Shown here in pieces: positions 9,291 through 19,407 of a DNA stretch of 55,936 nt (positions are counted from its first letter, which is position 1; the number at the start of each line of letters is the position of its first letter). The notes beneath the pieces were generated by a model. That model saw only the letters and a program-made list of their open reading frames with translations. It searched no databases and was not told the DNA's origin. The translations under genes were made by a program, and so were the position numbers. This stretch comes from Verrucomicrobiota bacterium (lineage in GTDB: Bacteria; Verrucomicrobiota; Verrucomicrobiia; Limisphaerales; CANJSG01), in contig JBBQXJ010000025.1 in assembly GCA_038209745.1 (NCBI GenBank), forward strand, positions 1 to 55,936. Direction: 5' to 3'.

Positions 9291-10577
9291 TCAAGCCTTC
9301 CACACCTGCCCGGGGAGAGTGGCGATGGGAGCCATGGCGTTGCGGGTGTCGATGATCAGGGAGACGTGCCGGGCCAGGTCGGCGTAGTCCACCGCACGGT
9401 GGGCGGTGCAGATGATGGCGGCGTCGAAGGAGCGAAGGTTTTCCGAAGTCCATGGTGCCGACTTCATTCCGGCCCGTTCCGGATTGTCGCGGGTGGGGCC
9501 GATCTCGGGGATCAAGGGGTCGTGGTAGTCGACTTCGGCACCACGCTGTTGCAGCAGGTCGAAGAGATGGAACGCGGGCGACTCGCGGTGATCGGCGACG
9601 TCGGCCTTGTAGGCGAGGCCAAGGACGAGGATGCGCGCTCCTTTCAGGGCGCGGCCACGGTCGTTCAAAGCTTCCATCGTGCGATGGACGACATGGGCGG
9701 GCATGGAGGCGTTGATCTCGCCCGCGAGTTCGATGAAGCGGGTGGCTTGGCCGACTTCGCGGGCCTTCCAGGTCAGGTAGAACGGATCGATGGGGATGCA
9801 GTGGCCGCCGAGCCCGGGGCCGGGATAGAACGGCATGTAGCCGAAGGGCTTGGTCTTGGCGGCGGCGATGACTTCCCAGATGTCGATGCCCATGGCGGCG
9901 TAGACGATCTTGAGTTCGTTCACCATCGCGATGTTGACGCAACGGAAGATGTTCTCGGTGAGTTTGGAGGCTTCGGCGACGCGACAGGACGAAACGGGCA
10001 CGAGCTGCTGGATGGCGCGGCCATAGACCGCGAGCGCCTTTTCCAGACAGGCCGGAGTGAGGCCGCCGACGACCTTGGGAATCTCGGCCACGCGGCTGTC
10101 GGGATTGCCGGGATCTTCGCGTTCCGGGGAATAAGCGAGGTGGAAGTCGACGCCCGCAGTCAGACCCGAGCCCTTCTCCAGCACCGGACGGAGTTCGTTC
10201 TCGGTGGTGCCGGGATAGGTGGTGGACTCCAGCACGACGAGCGCGCCTCGGCGGAGATGCGGCGCGAGCGCCTTACCGGTGTTCAGGATGTAGGCGAGGT
10301 CGGGTTCACGGTTGCGACCGAGTGGCGTCGGCACGCAGATGAGGACGGCGTCGGCTTCCCGGGCTTTGGCGAAATCGGTGGAGGCATGCAGCCGACCCAC
10401 GGCGACCTGCTCGGCGATGGTCGCCGCGGGGATGTGGCGGATGTAGCTGTGACCGGCGTTGATCGCCTCGGTCTTGGCCGGATCGACATCGAGTCCGATG
10501 ACGCTTGCGCCGCTGCGGGCGAACTGTACCGCCAAGGGCAGGCCGACATAGCCGAGACCAACGATCGCGATCTGCAT
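9291..10577 (-). CDS. Nucleotide-sugar dehydrogenase (UDP-GlcNAc/ManNAc 6-dehydrogenase, WbpA/WecC family)
   Basis: GLGYVGLP, LESTTYPGTT, YSPEREDPGN, GPGLGGHCIPIDP and DHRESPA motifs. Confidence 0.93.
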   Translation of the reverse strand: MQIAIVGLGYVGLPLAVQFARSGASVIGLDVDPAKTEAINAGHSYIRHIPAATIAEQVAVGRLHASTDFAKAREADAVLICVPTPLGRNREPDLAYILNTGKALAPHLRRGALVVLESTTYPGTTENELRPVLEKGSGLTAGVDFHLAYSPEREDPGNPDSRVAEIPKVVGGLTPACLEKALAVYGRAIQQLVPVSSCRVAEASKLTENIFRCVNIAMVNELKIVYAAMGIDIWEVIAAAKTKPFGYMPFYPGPGLGGHCIPIDPFYLTWKAREVGQATRFIELAGEINASMPAHVVHRTMEALNDRGRALKGARILVLGLAYKADVADHRESPAFHLFDLLQQRGAEVDYHDPLIPEIGPTRDNPERAGMKSAPWTSENLRSFDAAIICTAHRAVDYADLARHVSLIIDTRNAMAPIATLPGQVWKA

Positions 10578-10646
10578 GCGGAGCGGTGTTCCAGAGATGA
10601 GGACGAGTGCGAACGCTCGGAGAGGGATCCCTCAAAAAGCAGGTTC

Positions 10647-11810
10647 TCAGAGAACGGTCGGGGCCATGAAGTAGAGCTGGCCTTTCTTGAGCTTCAAGGA
10701 TTCGAGCCCGAGATCGATCTTCACGGTGGCGGGTTTGGCGCGGGACTCCCCGAAAAGGTTCAAGAGGCTGCCGAAGCTGAAGGGCAGGCGGTAGGCGACC
10801 AGGTTGGCGTCGTCGATGCCCGCCAGGTTCAGCGCGCGGTCAAAAGCGGTGTCGAAATTGCCGAGCTCGTCGACGAGGCCGAGCTCCTTGGCCTGGGTGC
10901 CCGAGAGGATGCGGCCATCGGCGAAGTTGATCCAGTTCGGGACGAGCGCCTGTCCGATGTTGTCGTCCCCGCCAGCGGCGTAGGCGGCTGCGCGGCCGTC
11001 GGCAACGACGTTGGTGAACTGGCCGTAGGTCTCCATGAGAAGGTTCATCACCATGGCGCGTTCTTCGGGGAGGGTTTCCTCCGGGGACTTGGAGCTGCTG
11101 AGCATGTCCTTGAACTTGCCGCTCTTGAAGACCTCGGGACGGATGCCGATCTTGTCCATCAATCCACGGTAGTTGTAGCCGGACATGATGACCCCGATGC
11201 TGCCGGTGATGGTGAGCTTGTTCGCCACGATCCAGCGGCAGGGCGCGCTGATGTAGTAGCCGCCGGACGCCGCCAGCGAGTTCATCTGGGCGATGACGGG
11301 CTTTCCGGAATCTTCCTGGAACTGGGTGATGAGGTTCGCGATGTCGTCGGAGGCGAGGACTTCGCCGCCGGGGGAATCGACCTTGAGGATGACGGCTTTG
11401 ATGCGGTCCGTGTCGGCTGCGATTTCCAGCTGGTCTTTGATCAAGGCCACCAGGGTATGCCCGGCCGCGTCGAGCGACTGGGAGGAGATCACGCCGTCCA
11501 CATCGATCAACATGATGTCGTTCCGGGACCGGTTCTGCTCCACATAGTCCGGCACGAGTCCGGCTCGGCTGCCGCCGTGGTGGCCGGCAGAGCCCGAGTA
11601 AAGGGTCGATCCAAGATTGGCCAGGAAGCTAAGGCCCAAGAGGACGGCCAGGACGATGGCGGCGATCATCCAACCGCGGCCCGTCTTGGCGGTTTTGGCG
11701 GCGGGGCGTTGGGGCGGTCCGGGGCGCAGCACCGGCGGGGGCCGATGCGAGGCCGGCGGCACCGGTGGCGGAGTTGAGCCGAAGGATCCGGGTGGATTCT
11801 CATTGTCCAT
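10647..11810 (-). CDS. sppA: Signal peptide peptidase SppA (S49)
   Basis: VDSPGGEV, AASGGYY, TGSIGV, KSGKFKD and GLVDELG motifs. Confidence 0.93.
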   Translation of the reverse strand: MDNENPPGSFGSTPPPVPPASHRPPPVLRPGPPQRPAAKTAKTGRGWMIAAIVLAVLLGLSFLANLGSTLYSGSAGHHGGSRAGLVPDYVEQNRSRNDIMLIDVDGVISSQSLDAAGHTLVALIKDQLEIAADTDRIKAVILKVDSPGGEVLASDDIANLITQFQEDSGKPVIAQMNSLAASGGYYISAPCRWIVANKLTITGSIGVIMSGYNYRGLMDKIGIRPEVFKSGKFKDMLSSSKSPEETLPEERAMVMNLLMETYGQFTNVVADGRAAAYAAGGDDNIGQALVPNWINFADGRILSGTQAKELGLVDELGNFDTAFDRALNLAGIDDANLVAYRLPFSFGSLLNLFGESRAKPATVKIDLGLESLKLKKGQLYFMAPTVL

Positions 11811-12093
11811 GGTCGCGGAAGCTAGTGGACCTCCCCGATGGCGGCAAGATCCGGAGCGGGCGGATCAATGTTCGATTTGAAGACGGCGCCACGGCGCTCC
11901 GCAGGCGGATTGTGCGGACGATTCGAGTCTGGGCCCCGTCGCGGACCCGTCCGACGCAGCGCTGGATCCGACCGTTGAATTCCTGTTCCCGGCCGCCGAG
12001 GTAGCGACGGTCGTTGCCGATCATCCGGGCCCAGCCCTGCTTGAGCTTCCCCTTCACTATGGTCCAAGTGCCGCAAAACCTGTGTCTGTTCAT
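11800..12093 (-). CDS. CsbD-like stress protein (divergent)
   Basis: MN...GTWTIVKGKLKQGWARMIGND..YLGGREQEFNGRIQ matches the CsbD pattern. A sigma54 site lies upstream. Confidence 0.7.
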   Translation of the reverse strand: MNRHRFCGTWTIVKGKLKQGWARMIGNDRRYLGGREQEFNGRIQRCVGRVRDGAQTRIVRTIRLRSAVAPSSNRTLIRPLRILPPSGRSTSFRDHGQ

Positions 12094-12153
12094 GATGTTG
12101 AAATGGGTTGTGCCCGGCGTTGCCGCTTCAAGCCGATGCGTTGTCCCTCCCTT

Positions 12154-12169
12154 TGCAGGGGATGTGCCA
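12154..12169 (-). promoter_or_regulatory. sigma54 (-24/-12) promoter for the CsbD-like gene
   Basis: Minus strand TGGCAC-ATCCC-CTGCA, with GG-N10-GC spacing. Confidence 0.7.
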
Positions 12170-12354
12170 TCGGGGAAAGGGCTCGGAGCGGTGGGGGAAC
12201 GAGGCTTTTCCCGTTGAACCGGCGGATGTGGGTCGTGCAGGGAGCATCCAAGTCGTGCAGTCCGCCCGGCGGACCCGCGAGGCTCGGGCAACGGGAATGC
12301 CGGAATTCCCGTAAATTGGGGCGCGATCAAGCGAGGAAAGATTCGGAACGCTGT

Positions 12355-12370
12355 TGGCACGGTCGCGGCT
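12355..12370 (+). promoter_or_regulatory. Possible sigma54 promoter for the DUF1328 gene
   Basis: TGGCACGGTCGCGGCT has GG-N10-GC spacing but a weaker -12 element. Confidence 0.45.
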
Positions 12371-12459
12371 AGAGGCGGGGTGTCCGGGCGAGTGCACGGA
12401 ATCGGAAGGAATCCGCCGAGCGGGACGCGCGAAGGGAACCGGCAGGGAAAGGTATCGAT

Positions 12460-12621
12460 ATGTTGAGCTGGGCATTGACGTTTTTCGTGGTGGCGCTGAT
12501 CGCCGGAATCTTGGGCTTTGGCGGCGTGGCCGGAACGGCGGCATGGATGGCCAAGATCTGTTTCGTGATCTTCATCGTCCTGTTCCTCGTGTCGCTCATT
12601 GGTGGGCGCCGACGGGTTTAG
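12460..12621 (+). CDS. DUF1328 (UPF0391/YtjA) small membrane protein; absent from the ORF track
   Basis: [53 protein letters not shown]. Confidence 0.92.
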   Translation: MLSWALTFFVVALIAGILGFGGVAGTAAWMAKICFVIFIVLFLVSLIGGRRRV

Positions 12622-13041
12622 TCGCCGGAGGAAGGTTCGTTTGAACTGGACGCCGCGCAACCGCGCGGCGTCTGTTCATTTTGGGCCGAGAGGTCGCCGA
12701 GCGTGGCGGCTGGGTCCTATGCTTGGCAGTGGGCGGTCCTTGTCTTTCGCTTAAATTGCATTCTCCGACATGGCCGCGCGCGCCGGCGACCGGGTGCAGA
12801 TGGTCCCGATGGTTGTTCCGAAAAGGACACCAGTCTCGTTGGTAGGCACGTGCAAAGGGCTGGAGAACCGCCGCTCCGACTTGCAGTTGGCAAGGGTTCG
12901 CGGTGTCGCTCCATGCGGATTCAAACGACGAAGGCCCGTTTCTATTGGCGGTCGGTTGCGGTGGCCTTTTGGACCGCGATCCGCTGCGAGTCAAAGTAGG
13001 TCAAAGAGCTGATTTCCCGCTCAAATCCAGGGACGATTCAC

Positions 13042-13188
13042 CTGCTCGAAACCATCGCCGTCATCCTAATCGTCGCTTGGCTTTTAGGTTTCGTCTCATC
13101 CCATACGATGGGCGGCTTCATCCACGTGCTTCTCGTCCTGGCCATCATCTCCGTGGGGATGCGATTGATCCACGGCCGCAATCCATGA
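13042..13188 (+). CDS. lmo0937-family (DUF5670) small membrane protein with CTG in the start position
   Basis: (L)LETIAVILIVAWLLGFVSSHTMGGFIHVLLVLAIISVGMRLIHGRNP*. Confidence 0.8.
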   Translation: MLETIAVILIVAWLLGFVSSHTMGGFIHVLLVLAIISVGMRLIHGRNP

Positions 13189-13498
13189 ATCTCGCTCCGC
13201 AGACATCCCCACGAAACGGGTGCCGCCGCCTTCGTCATTGGCGTCCTGACCGGCTGCCTTGTCGGCCGACGCTGAGACCGGTGGTCTGCCGGGCGGCGGA
13301 TTCGTCCCGCTTTGTGTCTTGACCTCGGGGTTGGGCTCCGGGTTCCGGACTAATTTTGGATACCGTCGTCAATTGCGTGAAGACCGGGACTGGCTCCATT
13401 ATCCGGCGGATGTTTCGACGGAAGATAAACGACTGGAAAAGCGCCTCCTCTCCGGGTGGCGGTCCGGCCGGCGCGAGGGCGATGGACGGAGGGGTGGA

Positions 13499-14572
13499 GT
13501 GAAGGCGTTCCAGTGCGACCACTGCCGGAGTCTCGTCTTCTTCGAGAGCGTCTCGTGCGTCGCCTGCGGGCATGCGCTGGGGTTTGTCCCGGAGGTGCTC
13601 GACATGGCGGCTCTGGAACCGGCGGAGGGTGGGACGTGGCGGCCAGTGGGGAACGGACCCTCGGAAAGGCGCTTCCGGAACTGCTCGAACGGGATCCAAC
13701 ACGCCGTCTGCAATTGGCTGGTGCCGGCCGGAGAGGGCGACACGTTCTGCATTTCCTGCCGGTTGAACCGCACGATCCCCGACCTGACAATTCCGGGGAA
13801 CCGCGACCGTTGGCACCGGTTGGAGAAGGCGAAACGCCGGTTGGTCTACACCTTCCTGAAGCTGCATCTTCCGCTGGACGGGTTGAACGGAAACCGGAAG
13901 ACGGGACTCCGTTTCGAGTTCCTCGCGGATGCTCCGGGACGTCCGCCCGTCATGACCGGGCACGACAGCGGCCTGATCACCTTGAACGTGCTGGAGGCGG
14001 ACGACGTGGAGCGGGAGACGCGGCGGGTGAGCCTGCGGGAGCCGTTGCGGACGCTGCTCGGCCATTTCCGCCACGAGGTGTCGCACTATTGCTGGGATCG
14101 GCTGGTCGCCTGCACCCCATGGCGGCACCGGTTCAGGGAGCTGTTCGGCGACGAGTCCTTGGACTACGGCGCGGCGCTCCAGCGACACTATTCCCAGGGC
14201 GCGCCGGCCGATTGGCAGAGCCGGTTCGTGAGCGCCTATGCCAGCTCCCATCCCTGGGAAGACTGGGCCGAGACGTGCGCCCACTACTTCCACATGGTCG
14301 ACACTCTGGAGACGACCGCCAGCTTCGGTCTGTCGTTGAAGCCGGTGCATCCGTCCTCCGAATCCATGACCATAGATGCGGCGGAGACGGAGAGCAGGGG
14401 GGACTCCTTCGACGCTCTGGTCGCGGCGTGGGGTCCGCTGACGATCGCCTTGAACTCGTTCAACCGCGGGATGGGCCTGCCGGACCTCTATCCCTTCGTG
14501 TTGTCGTCGCCGGTGATCCAGAAGCTACGGTTCATCCACCGGGTTCTTTCCGTGGAGGCCGGAGGATTCTGA
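13499..14572 (+). CDS. Zinc-ribbon plus putative zinc-binding metallopeptidase (DUF2248-like)
   Basis: CxxC..FFESVSCxxC, CNWL, RTLLGHFRHE and HPWEDWAE motifs; GTG start. Confidence 0.88.
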   Translation: MKAFQCDHCRSLVFFESVSCVACGHALGFVPEVLDMAALEPAEGGTWRPVGNGPSERRFRNCSNGIQHAVCNWLVPAGEGDTFCISCRLNRTIPDLTIPGNRDRWHRLEKAKRRLVYTFLKLHLPLDGLNGNRKTGLRFEFLADAPGRPPVMTGHDSGLITLNVLEADDVERETRRVSLREPLRTLLGHFRHEVSHYCWDRLVACTPWRHRFRELFGDESLDYGAALQRHYSQGAPADWQSRFVSAYASSHPWEDWAETCAHYFHMVDTLETTASFGLSLKPVHPSSESMTIDAAETESRGDSFDALVAAWGPLTIALNSFNRGMGLPDLYPFVLSSPVIQKLRFIHRVLSVEAGGF

Positions 14573-16803
14573 TGGCCAACGAACGATCAGATATCGGCAG
14601 GATGGAGCCGGCGAACGGATCGGCGGATGCCGCGACAGGCTCCGAGGGACGCGCCGAAGGGTCCGGGTTGAAACGCTACGTAAAGAGAATCTACGGCCCT
14701 CTGGTCGCACTGTGGCTCTCGCTCACCGTGGCGGGGGTGGTTCTTTCGGCCATCACCTGGAAACAGCTCTCCGAGCAGGTGGACATCGCGGTTCGCCAGG
14801 CGGAGTTCAACAACGCGTTGGACGCGGTATTCACGGCGATCCAGGATGCGGAGACCGGGCAGCGCGGCTTCCTGATCACCGGGAACGCCGCCTACTTGGA
14901 ACCCTATACTAAAGCGGTGGCGGGCTTCCAGGCGAAGTTCGGCCGGTTGGCCGACCTGGGCTTGGCCGACCCAAGGGTCAAGGCGCGGGTCCTCGAACTC
15001 CGGGGCAAGGTGGAAATCAAGCTCGCGGAGCTGAAGCGGTCCATCCAGATGATGCGGGAGTCCGGGTCCCAGAAAGCAGCGGACGCCGTCAAGACGGGCG
15101 AAGGTCTGGCCGCGATGGCGGACATCCGGCAAGCCGTCGATGGGATGCGCCTGGTCCGGCCGGACATCTTGACGGACAAGGACGACCCCACCCGGAAAAA
15201 GCTCTGGCGAGCCAGCGCCACCAGCATCGGGGCGGGGCTGATCGGCGTCGGCGCGGGCGTCTTCGCCCTCTTCCTCACCCGGGTCGCATTCAACCAGGAA
15301 AAGCGGGAACGCTCCCTGGCCGAGGCGAAGCTCCGGGCCGAGCGGAGCAGCGAACACAAGAGCGCCTTCCTCGCCAACATGAGCCACGAGATCCGCACCC
15401 CGATGAACGCGATCCTCGGCTTCAGCGATCTGCTCGACGGCGAACTGAGCGAGCCCCGGCAGCGCCAGTGGCTGCGCTCCATCCGCGCCAGCGGCCACTC
15501 CCTTCTCCAGCTCATCAACGACGTGCTGGACATGTCGAAGATCGAGGCCGGAGTGCTGGAGCTGCACCCGGAGCCAACGGATCCGCGGGAAGTTTGCGAC
15601 TTCATCCGCACGATCTTCTCCGAGCAGGCCACCCGCAAAGGCGTGAAGCTCTCCTGTATCGTGGCCCAGGATCTCCCGAAAGCGCTCCTGCTCGACCGGT
15701 CCCGACTGCGGCAGGTGCTGGTCAACCTCGTGGGCAACGCGGTGAAGTTCACCGAATCGGGCCATATCCGGATCCGCGTCCACGCGGACCGCCAGGAGGA
15801 CCAGACCGGGAGAATGACACTTTCGATCGAGGTGGAGGATACCGGAGTCGGCATCCCCGAGGACCGCGTGGGGATGATCTTCGAACCTTTCGTCCAGGCC
15901 GACTCCAGCCGGAGCCAGGAACGGCAGGGCACCGGGCTTGGGCTCGCCATCGTCAAGCGCCTCGTCGAGATGATGGGGGGGACGGTCGGCGTTGCCAGCG
16001 TCCTCGGGAAAGGGACCACCTTCCACCTGCGCATCCCGGATGTCGGAGTGTCCGCCCGTCTCCCCGTGAGCCAAACGGCGGAGCAGGACGAGGACGTGGA
16101 CTTCAACACCCTTCGCCCGGCGAAGATTTTGGTCGTGGACGACAACGCGCTGAACCGGGAGCTGATGGCGGGCATTTTCGAGAGAAGCCACCACACGCTG
16201 GAGTTCGGGGTCAATGGCCGCGAGGCGGTGGAGAAGACGCTCAAGCTCAAGCCCGACATGGTGTTGCTGGACGTCCGCATGCCGGAGCTCGGTGGCCGCG
16301 AGGCGCTGGAGCTGATCCGCGCGAGCCCGGGGTTCGACCTGTTGCCGGTGATCGCGGTCACCGCGTCCAGCATGGCCGACGAAGAACAGGCCTTGCGGAA
16401 AATGTTCAGCGGCTATCTGCGAAAACCCTTCACTCGGCGCGCGCTCCTGGACGAGCTGGGCCAGTTCATCCCCAAGGCGCCGAACGCGAACAAAGAAGAA
16501 CCGCCGCGTTCGGCCGTCGTTCCGTCCGGGGACGTGAAGGCGGAGCTGGCGGCGCTGTCGATCAAGCTGCACGCGCTGGAATCCGGCGAGTGGCCGTTGG
16601 TGCGCGACAGCGTCGCCATCAACGAATCCAAGAGGTTCGCCCGGCAGCTCCAGGCCATGGGCGAGAGCGCCCAGTGTGCTCCCCTGACGGCCTATGCCTC
16701 CGGGCTGCTTCGGCACGCCGAGGCGTATGACGCAGCCTTGCTGGAGGCCGAGCTTGCCCGTTTCCCCGCCGTGATCGCCGAGACAGAACGCCTTTCCCTC
16801 TGA
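14572..16803 (+). CDS. Hybrid sensor histidine kinase (CHASE3-HisKA-HATPase-REC)
   Basis: DAETGQRGFLITG (CHASE3), FLANMSHEIRTPMN, GTGLGLAI and the ILVVDDN receiver. Confidence 0.93.
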   Translation: MANERSDIGRMEPANGSADAATGSEGRAEGSGLKRYVKRIYGPLVALWLSLTVAGVVLSAITWKQLSEQVDIAVRQAEFNNALDAVFTAIQDAETGQRGFLITGNAAYLEPYTKAVAGFQAKFGRLADLGLADPRVKARVLELRGKVEIKLAELKRSIQMMRESGSQKAADAVKTGEGLAAMADIRQAVDGMRLVRPDILTDKDDPTRKKLWRASATSIGAGLIGVGAGVFALFLTRVAFNQEKRERSLAEAKLRAERSSEHKSAFLANMSHEIRTPMNAILGFSDLLDGELSEPRQRQWLRSIRASGHSLLQLINDVLDMSKIEAGVLELHPEPTDPREVCDFIRTIFSEQATRKGVKLSCIVAQDLPKALLLDRSRLRQVLVNLVGNAVKFTESGHIRIRVHADRQEDQTGRMTLSIEVEDTGVGIPEDRVGMIFEPFVQADSSRSQERQGTGLGLAIVKRLVEMMGGTVGVASVLGKGTTFHLRIPDVGVSARLPVSQTAEQDEDVDFNTLRPAKILVVDDNALNRELMAGIFERSHHTLEFGVNGREAVEKTLKLKPDMVLLDVRMPELGGREALELIRASPGFDLLPVIAVTASSMADEEQALRKMFSGYLRKPFTRRALLDELGQFIPKAPNANKEEPPRSAVVPSGDVKAELAALSIKLHALESGEWPLVRDSVAINESKRFARQLQAMGESAQCAPLTAYASGLLRHAEAYDAALLEAELARFPAVIAETERLSL

Positions 16804-16807
16804 CCCG

Positions 16808-17917
16808 ATGCCCGACAAGCCCTTCCATGTAAACGGAGTTCCCGCCCGCCTGTTGATCGTCGACGACCAGCCGGCGAACCTGCAGATGCTCGGCTCGATG
16901 CTCGGAAAAACCGGGATGGAGATCGTGCCTGCTTCCGATGGCGCCACGGCGCTGAAGCGGCTCGCGCTCCGGGCCCCGGACCTTGTGCTGCTCGACTTGT
17001 TGATGCCCGATATGGACGGCATCGAGCTTTGCCAACGGATCCGCGCGCAGGAGGCGCTGGCCACTCTGCCGATCATTTTCCTCTCCGCGGCCGACGAGAA
17101 GAGCCTGATCGTGCGGGCTCTCGAAGCCGGTGGCGTCGACTACGTGACGAAGCCCTTCAACCAGGCCGAACTCCTCATGCGGGTGCGGACGCATCTCGCC
17201 TTGAAGTCGGCTCGGGATCGTCTGAAGCGACTCGCCGAGGACAAGGACGAGCTGCTCGGCATCCTGGCCCATGATCTGCGCAACGCGATCGGGAGCATCC
17301 ACATGACGGCCCAGGTGCTCGGCGAGAGATTGAAGGGAGGCGACGACGGAAGATTGGCGGGGCTGAACGACAACATCCTCTCGGCCACTTCGCGGACCTT
17401 GACGTTCCTGAAAGAGTTCCTCGCCAACATCATGGCCGATCACGGTCTGGCGATGGGGCGGGAACCGGTCCGCGTCGGCGAAACCGTTCAGAAGATCGTG
17501 CAAGACCACGAGGGCGCAGCCGAGCGGAAGAAGATCGAACTGAAAGTCGACTCCGGTGCGACAGGACTCGTGGTCCCCGCCGACGCTGCGGCCTTTGGCC
17601 AGGTGTTGGAAAATTTGATCTCGAACGCCCTCAAGTTTTCGCCCCCGGGCAGGTCCGTCCACGTGTCGGTGCGGGATGCCGGGAACCACGTCGATCTGGA
17701 GGTGAAGGACGAGGGGCCGGGATTTACTGCGGAGGACCGACTGCACATGTTCGGCCGTTATCGGAGACTCTCCGCCAGACCGACCGCCGGTGAACCCAGC
17801 ACGGGACTGGGGTTGAGCATCGTCAAACGCCTGGTCGAAGCCATGGGCGGGGAATTGATCTGTGACAGCGTTCCGGGAGCGGGCGCCGTCTTCACCGTAA
17901 GACTTTCGAAGGAGTAA
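16808..17917 (+). CDS. Hybrid response regulator/histidine kinase (REC-HisKA-HATPase)
   Basis: LLIVDDQ, DLVLLDLLMP, AHDLRN, NALKFS and STGLGLSIV motifs. Confidence 0.92.
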   Translation: MPDKPFHVNGVPARLLIVDDQPANLQMLGSMLGKTGMEIVPASDGATALKRLALRAPDLVLLDLLMPDMDGIELCQRIRAQEALATLPIIFLSAADEKSLIVRALEAGGVDYVTKPFNQAELLMRVRTHLALKSARDRLKRLAEDKDELLGILAHDLRNAIGSIHMTAQVLGERLKGGDDGRLAGLNDNILSATSRTLTFLKEFLANIMADHGLAMGREPVRVGETVQKIVQDHEGAAERKKIELKVDSGATGLVVPADAAAFGQVLENLISNALKFSPPGRSVHVSVRDAGNHVDLEVKDEGPGFTAEDRLHMFGRYRRLSARPTAGEPSTGLGLSIVKRLVEAMGGELICDSVPGAGAVFTVRLSKE

Positions 17918-17918
17918 A

Positions 17919-19286
17919 ATGGACTTTCTGGTCATTGATGACGACAAGGGTTTCCGGGACGCCACCGTCCTGTTGATCGAGGACGACGGGCACTACGCGG
18001 AAGGCGTGGCCGATGGAAAATCGGCGCTGCAGCGCGTCGGTGAAGAGCGGTTTGACGCCGTCATTCTCGACCTCAATCTCGGACCCGAGAACGGGCTCGA
18101 CGTGCTGGTGGAGATAAGCCGTCTCAAACCGAATCTCCCCGTCGTGTTGTTCAGCGCAGCGGGAAAGATCCAGACGGCTGTCGAGGCCATGCGGCGGGGC
18201 GCGGCGGACTTCATGGAGAAGCCCTTCACTCGGGGCCAGTTCCACACCGTATTGGCGCGGCTTCAGAAGCTCCAGCAGATGGGCCGGCAGATCGAGCGGC
18301 TGGAGCAGGAGGTGAAGGAGACGCGTTCCCAGAATCCCGAGCCGATGTTCGACTTCGCCAATCCGGCGATGCGCGAGACGATGGATGTGTTGCTACGCGC
18401 CGCGCAGACCCGGGCGTCGATCTTGATCCTGGGGGAAACCGGGACGGGCAAGAGCGTGGCCGCGCGCGCGGTCCACCGAAACAGCCGCCTCGCCGATAGG
18501 GCGTTTGTCACCGTGAGCTGCCCGAGTCTCTCGAAAGAATTGCTGGAGAGCGATCTGTTCGGGCATTTGAAGGGCAGCTTCACCGGTGCCGTTCGCGACC
18601 ATTGGGGAAAAGTGAAGGCGGCCGACGGCGGCACGCTGTTCCTCGACGAAATCGGCGACCTGCCGATGGAGGTCCAGCCCAAACTGCTCCGACTCCTCCA
18701 AGAGCGCGAATACGAACGACTCGGTGAAAACATGACCCGCCAAGCCGATGTCCGGGTCATCGCCGCGACCAACCGCGACCTGAAACAGCGCGTGGCGGAG
18801 GGGTTGTTTCGCGAAGACCTGTTCTACCGGCTCAACGTCATCGCCGTTGAGATGCCCCCGCTGCGCCGGAGGCGGGACGACCTCATCGTCTTCGCGGGCC
18901 ATTATCTGAAACACTTCGCCATCCAGTGCGGCCGGTCGGCGATGGCCTTCGCGGACTCGGCCGACCGGGCGCTCAGGACGCATGCATGGCCCGGCAATCT
19001 CAGGGAACTCCGCAATGCCATCGAGCGCGCCGCGATTCTGGCGCGTGGCGACACGGTGGAGGTGGCGGACCTACCGGCCGAGATCCGGGGCGGGAGCGGT
19101 GGGGGAACCGGGGATCGCGTGCCGGCATTCAGCCAAGCGGGATCGCGGGTCACGCTCGATCAACTGGAGGAGGCGCACCTGCGCAGCATCCTCGAGGTCG
19201 CCAAGAGTCTGACCGAGGCGGCTGAGATCCTTGGAATCGACCAGGCGACGCTCTATCGGAAGCGGAAGAGGCTCGGCTTGATTTGA
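17919..19286 (+). CDS. sigma54-dependent response regulator (NtrC/AlgB-like)
   Basis: REC domain, GETGTGKS, ESDLFGH-GSFTGA, LFLDEIGD, WPGNLREL and a Fis-type HTH. Confidence 0.95.
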   Translation: MDFLVIDDDKGFRDATVLLIEDDGHYAEGVADGKSALQRVGEERFDAVILDLNLGPENGLDVLVEISRLKPNLPVVLFSAAGKIQTAVEAMRRGAADFMEKPFTRGQFHTVLARLQKLQQMGRQIERLEQEVKETRSQNPEPMFDFANPAMRETMDVLLRAAQTRASILILGETGTGKSVAARAVHRNSRLADRAFVTVSCPSLSKELLESDLFGHLKGSFTGAVRDHWGKVKAADGGTLFLDEIGDLPMEVQPKLLRLLQEREYERLGENMTRQADVRVIAATNRDLKQRVAEGLFREDLFYRLNVIAVEMPPLRRRRDDLIVFAGHYLKHFAIQCGRSAMAFADSADRALRTHAWPGNLRELRNAIERAAILARGDTVEVADLPAEIRGGSGGGTGDRVPAFSQAGSRVTLDQLEEAHLRSILEVAKSLTEAAEILGIDQATLYRKRKRLGLI

Positions 19287-19407
19287 TCGGGCGGATCTCC
19301 GGGGGTCGACGAGGAGTCCGGGTTCGTCTGCGAATCGCGGCAAGGCTCGGATCAAAGGCCAAGTTCCCGCTTCCCGCGTGTCGGATCCCGCGCCTATTTT
19401 CCCGCCC

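Noticed and set aside
9204..11777. 857-aa plus-strand ORF and similar long ORFs (14587-17076, 32725-34701, 51103-53079, 39106-40479)
   Set aside because: Antisense shadows of well-supported genes in high-GC DNA; no motifs of their own.
13456..14571. N-terminal 372 aa of the 1115-aa kinase ORF
   Set aside because: Alternate frame of the Zn-peptidase gene; the kinase starts at the coupled ATG at 14572.
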